IMG/VR virus record: IMGVR_UViG_3300046692_000091
Location: 124,001-188,000 of that record
DNA: 64,000 bases
Reading direction: 5' to 3' (one strand)
Shown here: positions 56,628 through 64,000 of the stretch, piece by piece
Numbering within the stretch: the stretch's first letter is position 1
How the letters are laid out: each line of letters starts with the position of its first letter
Position numbers and translations under genes: made by a program
Notes under the pieces: generated by a model
What the model saw: only the letters and a program-made list of their open reading frames with translations
The model's database searches: none
What the model was told of the DNA's origin: nothing

Positions 56628-56848
56628 GAGAACTTGCTGATGGCGTGTATGACACGTGTCCACTACATGGACCGAAAGTCTACATGCCTGACCGTTTAGT
56701 GCGCGTCACTGACAACTGTGTATCGTTTGTGATTGATGACATTGTTATACCCGATCCCAAACCGAGTGGCTTTCCATTCCGTTTCTCCGTTGCTGACTTT
56801 TTCAGCGTAAACGTACTCTTTAACAAAGAAAAGAATAAGGTTGCATAA
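56624..56848 (+). CDS. Hypothetical protein
   Basis: 74 aa, coupled. Confidence 0.65.
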   Translation: MRELADGVYDTCPLHGPKVYMPDRLVRVTDNCVSFVIDDIVIPDPKPSGFPFRFSVADFFSVNVLFNKEKNKVA

Positions 56849-56850
56849 GA

Positions 56851-57558
56851 ATGACTAATTGCGTTATCTACACCGACACCCCTTCTCGCGACGTGGTTCC
56901 TTATCGTGTCTACCTGCAAGAAGCTGGTTCGATGGGTATGGCAGATTGGTATCAAGGTACCATGGGAAAGCTGAATACGTTGGACTCCCGTTGCTTGGTA
57001 TTCCCTAATGCAAAAGAAGCTGAGGATTTTGCTCGGATCTTTGCTAATATACATAGTCGGTTTGGTGGTTGCCAGACCGTTGGTTATCATGGTGTTACTG
57101 AAAACGGTAACGCCTGTCCCCCATTCAAGATCGTTAAACATGGTGATCAAGAAATGGGCTGGACTCCTGAAAAACATGAGGCCTGGCTTAAGCGTAATGC
57201 GGCTTGGAATGAAATGCTTATACCGGCACTGATTAGTCGTGACAGCGTAACTGTTGCACGTGAGGGTGATGTCACCCCAGAAGAACTGCTTAACCGTATT
57301 ACCTACCTGACTAATAACCTGGTAGAAGAAGAACTCGATGAAGTTCTTGGTAACATCCAGAACATGGAACGCTTGGAATTCAAGTGCACCGATATCGATA
57401 CATATCCTGAATCCGTAACGATTCATTATACTCGTAAACTTCCAGCCTTCGAACCCTACCATTGCTCGATGACCGTTTGCTCGTTGAATCTCTATGATGA
57501 CAAAGGCATCAAGCAGTTGAAAGATCTGGCTGCACGTCGAGAACTTGCGGATGCGTGA
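56851..57558 (+). CDS. Hypothetical protein
   Basis: 235 aa. Confidence 0.8.
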   Translation: MTNCVIYTDTPSRDVVPYRVYLQEAGSMGMADWYQGTMGKLNTLDSRCLVFPNAKEAEDFARIFANIHSRFGGCQTVGYHGVTENGNACPPFKIVKHGDQEMGWTPEKHEAWLKRNAAWNEMLIPALISRDSVTVAREGDVTPEELLNRITYLTNNLVEEELDEVLGNIQNMERLEFKCTDIDTYPESVTIHYTRKLPAFEPYHCSMTVCSLNLYDDKGIKQLKDLAARRELADA

Positions 57559-57991
57559 ACAAACCGATATGCGTCGGTACAGTGTGTCGCAGCAATACAA
57601 GTTCTATGAGCTCGACAAAGATACCACGATGGCTAATATCGCCTTAGGCTTGACCTGTTCATACAGCGACATGCTTCTGGTCTTCCCGGATGATCTATCC
57701 TGGGATACTTGCCAGTACGATGGTTTCGGTGGCTACGGTATATTCGAAGTTTCAGTATGCGTGAAGAATGACTCATACTGGAACAAGCAAGGCCCATTCA
57801 TATACCGTGGTGCACATGTCGTTTTCTTTGGCGGTTCTATCGAAAAGATCCAGGCACAAGCAGAGAAATGGTTTCTCACTAACCGGGATCTGAAGAACGA
57901 ACTATATACTCATCGCTATGGTCGTAAAGTTACGCCGGTGCTTTTATCACTACGTTGCTACGAACCATATGTACCCAAGATAAAAGAGTAG
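57551..57991 (+). CDS. Hypothetical protein
   Basis: 146 aa, overlapping start. Confidence 0.75.
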   Translation: MREQTDMRRYSVSQQYKFYELDKDTTMANIALGLTCSYSDMLLVFPDDLSWDTCQYDGFGGYGIFEVSVCVKNDSYWNKQGPFIYRGAHVVFFGGSIEKIQAQAEKWFLTNRDLKNELYTHRYGRKVTPVLLSLRCYEPYVPKIKE

Positions 57992-57996
57992 AAAAG

Positions 57997-58278
57997 ATGA
58001 GCGTTAAGTTGATCAAGCGTGACAATGTGTGGGTTACTGAATTCTTAGGGAAAGAGCGGCACTTCATCATTGATACTGATTTGGTGACTTGGCGCTCACT
58101 CGGTGTACACCCATCTGGTGCAGTCGAGTTCCAGATTGATCTGGATGGTAGTTTGGAAAACGTACGCAGTATTTTTACTGGAGAAGACATTACGGAATTG
58201 GACATTCCTCGTGGCCATTCAGTTGCTGGAATGATTAAAGCAACAAAACCGTACGTACATAGGGGGAATCATGTTTGA
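57997..58278 (+). CDS. Hypothetical protein
   Basis: 93 aa. Confidence 0.7.
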   Translation: MSVKLIKRDNVWVTEFLGKERHFIIDTDLVTWRSLGVHPSGAVEFQIDLDGSLENVRSIFTGEDITELDIPRGHSVAGMIKATKPYVHRGNHV

Positions 58279-58681
58279 TGTAACTGCAATAAATCTGGTC
58301 TTACTTTTCCTGGTGATCGCTGGTCTGATTTGGTGGTTGATCCGCTGGGTAGCGAAACCGGTAGCTATGCTTCAGTTCACCGGTGTAGAACTGATCACGC
58401 AATACGGCACACAACGCGTTATAGAGCATTCTAAGCTGCGTTCGGATGATGGTGATAAACCACTAGTCTCTGGACTGAATGACTTCTATATCACCGTTCA
58501 GGATGGTGTATTACGGTACCATAACCCTGGCGAAGCTCATCTACTTAACCCAATCCTACGAAGCTCTGAGGAGATCCTATTCTTCAGACTGCAAATTCGT
58601 GTGGTCGGTGAACGAATTGTAAAGTTCGAGCAGACCAATCTTTCCAAACCGAACGCTACATTGCTGTGGAGCAAAGCGTAA
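58271..58681 (+). CDS. N-terminally anchored membrane protein
   Basis: SD ggggga; TM at approximately residues 6-25. Confidence 0.8.
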   Translation: MFDVTAINLVLLFLVIAGLIWWLIRWVAKPVAMLQFTGVELITQYGTQRVIEHSKLRSDDGDKPLVSGLNDFYITVQDGVLRYHNPGEAHLLNPILRSSEEILFFRLQIRVVGERIVKFEQTNLSKPNATLLWSKA

Positions 58682-58692
58682 GGAGGTAAACC

Positions 58693-58827
58693 ATGCTATA
58701 TAGCGAAGTTGGTTTCCTTACAAGTATCCTAGTGGTACTCGGTATTATGGTATCTTCAACTCTCCTAAGGAATACAAATGTCAGAGTCACTCAATGCTGG
58801 TCAGTTCCCCGTACTACATCGCAGTAG
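58693..58827 (+). CDS. Possible small TM peptide (44 aa)
   Basis: Very strong SD aaggaggt; overlaps next gene by 50 nt. Confidence 0.4.
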   Translation: MLYSEVGFLTSILVVLGIMVSSTLLRNTNVRVTQCWSVPRTTSQ

Positions 58828-59239
58828 TAATGGTGCGCTCTTCGTGCAGCATCAACAATCTTTGCCTCAGCGAGTAACCTTGCCTAGCGGTGATGTTGTT
58901 GAAACTGGTTTCGTAAAAGTCACTGGCGTCGATGCCATTGATCTGTATGCCCTGTGCCAAAACAATGGCCGTAGTAAATCCCTGTCGATTAAAGCGATCG
59001 TTTATATTGACGAAGGCGATAACTTGAAGGTGCATGATGTTAAACGTATGGCTCCGGCTTTACTGAGCGATCCAGCTTATGTCACTAAAGGCAAAGCTAA
59101 AATCGAGATCGGCCATGTAACTAAACTGTGTGGATTGCGCTGGGGTTTCAATCTCCAGCTTGACCCTGCAACCGGTAAGTGTACCATCGAAGTGGACCGG
59201 GAATCCCCGATCGTTGGTTTGAAGTTGCAGTTCGATTAA
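58778..59239 (+). CDS. Hypothetical protein
   Basis: 153 aa, SD aagga. Confidence 0.8.
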   Translation: MSESLNAGQFPVLHRSSNGALFVQHQQSLPQRVTLPSGDVVETGFVKVTGVDAIDLYALCQNNGRSKSLSIKAIVYIDEGDNLKVHDVKRMAPALLSDPAYVTKGKAKIEIGHVTKLCGLRWGFNLQLDPATGKCTIEVDRESPIVGLKLQFD

Positions 59240-59241
59240 AC

Positions 59242-59261
59242 GGGGTCCCTTCGGGGACTCC
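59242..59261 (+). terminator. Intrinsic terminator
   Basis: ggggtccc-ttcg-gggactcc plus ttt. Confidence 0.85.
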
Positions 59262-59286
59262 TTTATGTTGCAAAAAATTATAACCC

Positions 59287-59294
59287 TATATTAC
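59287..59294 (+). promoter_or_regulatory. Early promoter TATATTAC
   Basis: Exact motif after terminator. Confidence 0.8.
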
Positions 59295-59358
59295 CATTTG
59301 GTGTAGGGAAATCGTATCCATGACCAATCCTGGTGTTTGACTAGTAAGGCAACAAAGA

Positions 59359-59643
59359 ATGCTAAGCTCGCTCTTCAATCTGACCATCCGTAGTCTCGCA
59401 GCATCCAAAGTAGAACCAGGTATGGTATTAACCGCAGCACGAGATATATTCGTGACCATTCTCGATAGACGTGGGGCACACCACGATATCTTGTTTGCGA
59501 ACGAAGGGGATCAGGTCCGAGTTGAAGGATCTGATAGTCACCGTCCTGGTGATTTGTTCGTATGCTCCAACGTCGACAACTTTGATGAAGTCGGCTCAGT
59601 AAATCCACATGACCTCGAAGACGCCTTTAATGAGTACAAATAA
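59359..59643 (+). CDS. Small beta-barrel (SH3-like) protein
   Basis: LTAARDI...LFANEGDQVRV; family with 59938 and 61162. Confidence 0.7.
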   Translation: MLSSLFNLTIRSLAASKVEPGMVLTAARDIFVTILDRRGAHHDILFANEGDQVRVEGSDSHRPGDLFVCSNVDNFDEVGSVNPHDLEDAFNEYK

Positions 59644-59984
59644 TGCAATTTGATAATCTCTACGAATACATCGACCAAACTTACGATGTTCAGCTCGATA
59701 AAGCGTTCCTTAAAAAAGAAGCTCCGTCGCTGACATACCTGAAACTGGTCCGAGTTCTTTCGGTGTTAAAGATTGATCCGACTGGTCAATCGGCAGAAGC
59801 TTTGTTCGCCGATGCTGTCCGTCAGGAACGCAGCGCGTTCACACCACATCAATACAGCCTCGTGCAGAACCTACTCACGCTGGCCGATCTCCATGAGATC
59901 ATTGAAACCCTTATTCGCAAATCAGGAAAGAAAACAAATGCTCCTTTCGACAACGGTCAGTTCGCCGACGATATTAATAGCTAA
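59643..59984 (+). CDS. Helical protein with INS C-terminus
   Basis: TAATG-coupled; ends FADDINS. Confidence 0.75.
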   Translation: MQFDNLYEYIDQTYDVQLDKAFLKKEAPSLTYLKLVRVLSVLKIDPTGQSAEALFADAVRQERSAFTPHQYSLVQNLLTLADLHEIIETLIRKSGKKTNAPFDNGQFADDINS

Positions 59985-60144
59985 AGAAGACTTGACCGTG
60001 ACCATCGGTGATCACACAGCTACTCTTGCCCAGAAAGGCGAGCGTGTAACTCTGTTGTATCAACATGATGGTTTCCTAGAAGTCATGGCGACGGATGGTA
60101 CCAGCTTTTATACAAACAACGATAAAGTAGTACCTGTCACCTAA
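59938..60144 (+). CDS. Small beta-barrel (SH3-like) protein
   Basis: LIAKEDL...TLAQKGERVTL; start could also be GTG at 59998. Confidence 0.6.
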   Translation: MLLSTTVSSPTILIAKEDLTVTIGDHTATLAQKGERVTLLYQHDGFLEVMATDGTSFYTNNDKVVPVT

Positions 60145-60170
60145 ATCTAATGTGATTATAGGAGATAGCG

Positions 60171-60530
60171 ATGTTTCAAGTAGACGATAAATTTTACACT
60201 TGGTCTTCCACCATGCATGGCCGAGGCTTTCGAAAAGAACTGGTAACCACTGGTGCGTTTGTGATAGACCACATCAGTACCGGATGGGTGATCATCGGTC
60301 ATTCTCGTACAGTCAGTGCCGAGGTGGATAAACAGATTGCATTGCTAAAAGCTGGACGTCATCCTAATAGACGATTCCAATCGCAGTTTTCCAGTACGAA
60401 CCATGAAAGTTCGTCGGACATCAAGCTAATGGAATTTCCAGCTAAAACTGTCAAAGATGGAAAGCTGATTGAATCCAAGATCCGTTCTAGCTATACTGAG
60501 CAAGGCGGAACATTCTGCGTCACTAACTGA
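60171..60530 (+). CDS. Degenerate GIY-YIG-like protein
   Basis: GAFVIDHISTGWVIIGHS...GRHPNRRFQ follows the GIY-YIG pattern without catalytic Tyr/Arg. Confidence 0.55.
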   Translation: MFQVDDKFYTWSSTMHGRGFRKELVTTGAFVIDHISTGWVIIGHSRTVSAEVDKQIALLKAGRHPNRRFQSQFSSTNHESSSDIKLMEFPAKTVKDGKLIESKIRSSYTEQGGTFCVTN

Positions 60531-60539
60531 GGAAGTGTA

Positions 60540-61154
60540 ATGTTAGGGTATACCCAAATGCATCACCGGACTGGTATTGAAGAACTCCGTCTAGCGGCTG
60601 TTGAAAATATCCGGGAAACACTAGGGGATGCTCGTTGGGAGTTCATGGTTACTGAACGTGATCCTGACGTACCTGCAGTACTCACCACCATCGGCAATAA
60701 CCGCTATGGGGCACCTGATCTGATTCTGGGTTGTGGCATGACTGATAAAGGTCTGGGTCATCTTCGTATGTCCTATGGCGATCTGTTTGCTTACTTGGAA
60801 TGGCACAAAGACTTTACCTCGGGCGAAGTTGATCTGGTTGACTACTATACGTTCCTGCTGAAAGAACGTGGTCATGCCAAGATTGTTCCAATCAAACCCT
60901 CCGGTCGTATCCATCTGCTTCACGTAGATGCTGAACGCTGGTTAGCTGGTCAAGGTTGGCAACATGCTCAGTACTACAATGCAGATGAGCGTAAAAATGC
61001 ACGCTTCCTGCAACTCGTACTGAGCGATGACGATGGTCGGTTACCATGGGACGAAGGTTACAACTACGTCCGACAGCATATCCTGGAATCCAAACCATTC
61101 GGTGTTAAGCCAGTTGATGCTCCTGTATCTGCCCGTGCCCATTATTTGAACTGA
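60540..61154 (+). CDS. DUF4262-like protein
   Basis: GDARWEFMV...LTTIGNNRYGAPDLILGCG...LQLVLSDDDGRLPWDEGY. Confidence 0.65.
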   Translation: MLGYTQMHHRTGIEELRLAAVENIRETLGDARWEFMVTERDPDVPAVLTTIGNNRYGAPDLILGCGMTDKGLGHLRMSYGDLFAYLEWHKDFTSGEVDLVDYYTFLLKERGHAKIVPIKPSGRIHLLHVDAERWLAGQGWQHAQYYNADERKNARFLQLVLSDDDGRLPWDEGYNYVRQHILESKPFGVKPVDAPVSARAHYLN

Positions 61155-61161
61155 GGTTGTA

Positions 61162-61416
61162 ATGTCTGATCGTAAATTTGCTGTATGTGAATACGTTCAA
61201 TTGAATTGTGATGTCATGATCAACAAGCCTGGTAGTGGCCAAGTGCTTTATGCACCTAAGGACACTGTAGTGCGGGTCATGTCGTTTGATCCAAGTCTGG
61301 ACTCCCCTTATGGTGTCCGTGTTGATGGCGAACCTTATCGCAATGCTCCGGTTACCGAAGCCATGATGGATAAGATGCCAATGGGGTATGTACATGCCGA
61401 GCCCGTGGGACTATAG
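61162..61416 (+). CDS. Small beta-barrel (SH3-like) protein
   Basis: VQLNCDV...LYAPKDTVVRV; SD gaggt. Confidence 0.7.
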   Translation: MSDRKFAVCEYVQLNCDVMINKPGSGQVLYAPKDTVVRVMSFDPSLDSPYGVRVDGEPYRNAPVTEAMMDKMPMGYVHAEPVGL

Positions 61417-61765
61417 GTCCGATCAACGGCAAGGGGTAAACTGGGAACGTAAGTATTACATCGTACTGGCTGATGAAACAGGTCAGCCATTGTACGAATA
61501 CGTTCGCATGGTCGGTAAAATTTACTCCAAGATTAAATCCTCACGCAAAGCACATTTCGCACCGCTGGATAAGAAGAATGAACGCATCTACTTTATCCAG
61601 TATTCAGATGCCCGTAATGCGATAGTAACTATTGCTAAAGCATCTGCAGCGAATGTGCCCGTGGGACGTTACCTATTGATGGTGACGCAAACCTTTGAAA
61701 ATGAACCTGTGGCATCATTGCCATACTACGTAGAAAGAGAGATTAAAGATGACACAAGTGATTGA
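61388..61765 (+). CDS. Hypothetical protein (start uncertain)
   Basis: 125 aa ORF filling the gap. Confidence 0.65.
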   Translation: MYMPSPWDYRSDQRQGVNWERKYYIVLADETGQPLYEYVRMVGKIYSKIKSSRKAHFAPLDKKNERIYFIQYSDARNAIVTIAKASAANVPVGRYLLMVTQTFENEPVASLPYYVEREIKDDTSD

Positions 61766-62159
61766 CGAGTCAGTCAAAGTTTTGGATATCAAGCTGTTCA
61801 ACCAGAGTACCCACTATTACAATCTGAAAGTGTGTGAGGGTAGCTATACTCTGCACGATAACGAAGAAAGTCGGGCATTCAACGAACACTTCCTAACTCC
61901 GGATGATGCAAAGTTCGAAGACCAGATTGTACAAGCTGTGTTCTGTCTGGGTAACCAACATGCGCCGGCAACTGTACGGGATCTGATCCGCATTGTCCGT
62001 ACGAAGAAAGTCGATCAACAAACGCTGGCGGAGTATTCGATGTTCACCATCGGTGACTTCGTTATCCTGACTAAAGATGAAGTGATCATCGCCATCAATG
62101 GTGATGTTACTCGTCGCAATCGTGTTGATGGTTTCGACACAACTCGGGGGCAGGCATAA
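61749..62159 (+). CDS. Hypothetical protein
   Basis: 136 aa. Confidence 0.8.
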   Translation: MTQVIDESVKVLDIKLFNQSTHYYNLKVCEGSYTLHDNEESRAFNEHFLTPDDAKFEDQIVQAVFCLGNQHAPATVRDLIRIVRTKKVDQQTLAEYSMFTIGDFVILTKDEVIIAINGDVTRRNRVDGFDTTRGQA

Positions 62160-62455
62160 TGCACGTTGTTCGCTTAGCAACAGATCGGTTGGGGGCTAAC
62201 CCTATTGGCCAAGTCTGTGAAGCGTCTAAAGTGAAGAAATTGATGTGGTGTCCTAAGGGCACCTCCAACACCATCGCTGACACTGCCGACTACCATGTAG
62301 GAATGATGATCGCTTCTGGTTTCATTAACGAACCCACAGCGCTCAACAAGTTCCTGCAGAAGCTGAAACAACCTGCCGGTGAGTATTACGTTCTGTTGTG
62401 GAACGTCACGCGCGGTAACTCCGATGCTGTCTTCGAGTTTGACTTTGCTGGGTAA
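62159..62455 (+). CDS. Hypothetical protein
   Basis: 98 aa, TAATG-coupled. Confidence 0.75.
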   Translation: MHVVRLATDRLGANPIGQVCEASKVKKLMWCPKGTSNTIADTADYHVGMMIASGFINEPTALNKFLQKLKQPAGEYYVLLWNVTRGNSDAVFEFDFAG

Positions 62456-62470
62456 GCCTTCGGGCTTACC
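62451..62470 (+). terminator. Intrinsic terminator overlapping stop codon
   Basis: ggtaagcc-ttcg-ggcttacc plus ttt. Confidence 0.85.
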
Positions 62471-62491
62471 TTTATGCCATATTAAGGAAAT

Positions 62492-63031
62492 ATGATGCCT
62501 TTTGTACTGTACATCTGCTGGATGCTTTTGTCTGCTTGGGGTTGCACCCGTATTGCGACCGCGTCATTTGGACCAGGTGATGGGGTAGAACGATTACTAC
62601 TCTGGATGTTCCTCTGGCTGGTTTGCCTGGTACTGGTTGGGTACCTGCTGCTTAAAGCTTATCCTGATAAACCCCGTGGTAAGTTCAGCCTGGATCATGT
62701 ATCGCTCCGTTATTGGGATGGTATTGGCCAGTACACCGAAGTATTGGATATAGCTCTAACACACAAGGTTTTCGAAGTAGGGGCTTGCGTCAATACCTTC
62801 TATGCAATCCTGGAAGATACCGATTATCCAACTCCTACCCGCCGTGGCAGTGTAATGGCTTGCCGACCAGTATGGATTCGTTCTCTGAAAGAAGTAGAGA
62901 TCAATAGCCAAACTGATCTGTTGAAGATAACGATCGATAAGGATGGCATGACCAAGGTTAAATACATCGGTCCTGCCACCTGTGTTACAGCTGATTGCAA
63001 ATGGCAATTTACCCCAGGGGAAAAGAAATGA
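62492..63031 (+). CDS. Two-TM anchored protein
   Basis: Two N-terminal hydrophobic helices. Confidence 0.8.
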   Translation: MMPFVLYICWMLLSAWGCTRIATASFGPGDGVERLLLWMFLWLVCLVLVGYLLLKAYPDKPRGKFSLDHVSLRYWDGIGQYTEVLDIALTHKVFEVGACVNTFYAILEDTDYPTPTRRGSVMACRPVWIRSLKEVEINSQTDLLKITIDKDGMTKVKYIGPATCVTADCKWQFTPGEKK

Positions 63032-63447
63032 ATAACGAAACGTTCTATGTTGTCGAAGTAATTCGCAAAGCCGACAACATGGCGTTTATGTTGTTCGGTA
63101 ATCATTCGAGTGATGCGGATGATAGCTGGTATTTCGATCAGCGACGTATCAGTGATCTGCGTGATTGGGCGCGGTTGGGTTCCATTATCCGTATCGGCGA
63201 CCATATCGACCACAATCAGTGGCTCGTTGATTTTGTTATCCCGCAGATGCGTATGTTGCAAGAGCGTTATCCTCTTAGTGACGACCATCACGGAGAGGGT
63301 GTAAAACATGTTACGCATAAACTTTGTATATACAAGGTCGATATGCGAGCTAGTTTAAATTTACGTTTTAAACCAATGGTGTGTCAGACCTTCCATCTGG
63401 TAGGTGAAGCATTTATTGGCGCAATCAAGCAAGGATATACTACATGA
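63028..63447 (+). CDS. Hypothetical protein
   Basis: ATGA-coupled, 139 aa. Confidence 0.75.
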   Translation: MNNETFYVVEVIRKADNMAFMLFGNHSSDADDSWYFDQRRISDLRDWARLGSIIRIGDHIDHNQWLVDFVIPQMRMLQERYPLSDDHHGEGVKHVTHKLCIYKVDMRASLNLRFKPMVCQTFHLVGEAFIGAIKQGYTT

Positions 63448-63800
63448 GTAACCAAACAATCCAATCGGTAGCAGTTGAAACCAAAACAGACAAACTCGCC
63501 CGTTTGCGGAAAGAGTACATCATCGATCAGTGGCCTACGTTCCTGAAACTTTTCCCTGGGATGTCCGAGTATCGCGGTGAAGGCCCTTTGGAACAAAAGG
63601 CTTTGGAGATGCTGGAGCTGAGCTATACCGCACAAGTATCTATCATCGGTGTGAAAGTACCCGATGAAGATCTACCTGCGCTACAAGCTCGGCCCACCAA
63701 AGACTTCATCAAGCATTTGAAGTCAAGTTACAACCGTTCTAATTTGGCCGATCAATGGCGTCTGGTACGCGATCAGTTCCTGATGGATCTCGAAGAATAA
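63444..63800 (+). CDS. Hypothetical protein
   Basis: 118 aa, coupled. Confidence 0.8.
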   Translation: MSNQTIQSVAVETKTDKLARLRKEYIIDQWPTFLKLFPGMSEYRGEGPLEQKALEMLELSYTAQVSIIGVKVPDEDLPALQARPTKDFIKHLKSSYNRSNLADQWRLVRDQFLMDLEE

Positions 63801-63803
63801 GAA

Positions 63804-63821
63804 GAGTCCCTTCGGGGACTC
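63804..63821 (+). terminator. Intrinsic terminator
   Basis: gagtccc-ttcg-gggactc plus ttt. Confidence 0.85.
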
Positions 63822-63847
63822 CTTTATTACGTTAAGTGGAGTTACAC

Positions 63848-64000
63848 ATGGCAATGTCGAAAGCTGAAATTGCAATGAACGCTAAGTTTCCAACTAGTGG
63901 ACCTAAGTACGTCCCTTGGTATAAAGCACCAAGTAATACTCATGTTCGTACTGACGATATGTTCGATGTTGATCGTCAGGGCAATGGGTTCATTGTAACG
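63848..64000 (+). CDS. Hypothetical protein, 3'-truncated
   Basis: SD ggag; open to window end. Confidence 0.65.
   Translation, partial: MAMSKAEIAMNAKFPTSGPKYVPWYKAPSNTHVRTDDMFDVDRQGNGFIVT

Noticed and set aside
56680-57600. 306-aa antisense ORF and similar - strand ORFs (10936, 11286, 28978, 51211 and others)
   Set aside because: They overlap well-supported coupled + strand genes; no independent signals

Overview
64-kb segment of a phiKZ-like jumbo phage genome. The assignment rests on nine dispersed TATATTA(C/T) early-promoter motifs with A/T-rich upstream tracts, about 24 hairpin terminators (mostly TTCG loops), dense translationally coupled + strand operons of small genes, and a - strand block of virion-like genes plus an SF2 helicase at 2.9-9.3 kb. 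Recognisable enzymes: DEDD exonuclease, SLOG/DprA-like protein, dCTP deaminase, NAD-dependent DNA ligase, SspB-like ClpXP adaptor, BCS1-like AAA ATPase, adjacent Prs-like and Nampt-like genes (NARP1-type NAD+ reconstitution architecture), thymidylate synthase, RNA ligase, SPFH lipoprotein and an Ig-domain protein. I saw no tRNA, rRNA, CRISPR array, intron or intein. Most notable unexplained signals: (1) seven small proteins ending in [WYF]-x-x-x-[IV]-N-S-COOH, mostly flanking the SPFH module; (2) a phage SspB together with 11 proteins ending in Ala-Ala, including an ssrA-like tail on the Nampt-like enzyme; (3) a one-gene cassette under a perfect sigma70 promoter with an operator-like palindrome; (4) a chain of coupled 14-51 aa micropeptides; (5) a candidate structured ncRNA and a promoter-terminator mini-transcript; (6) many diverged paralogue families. 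All assignments are by-eye motif recognition. No database search was run.
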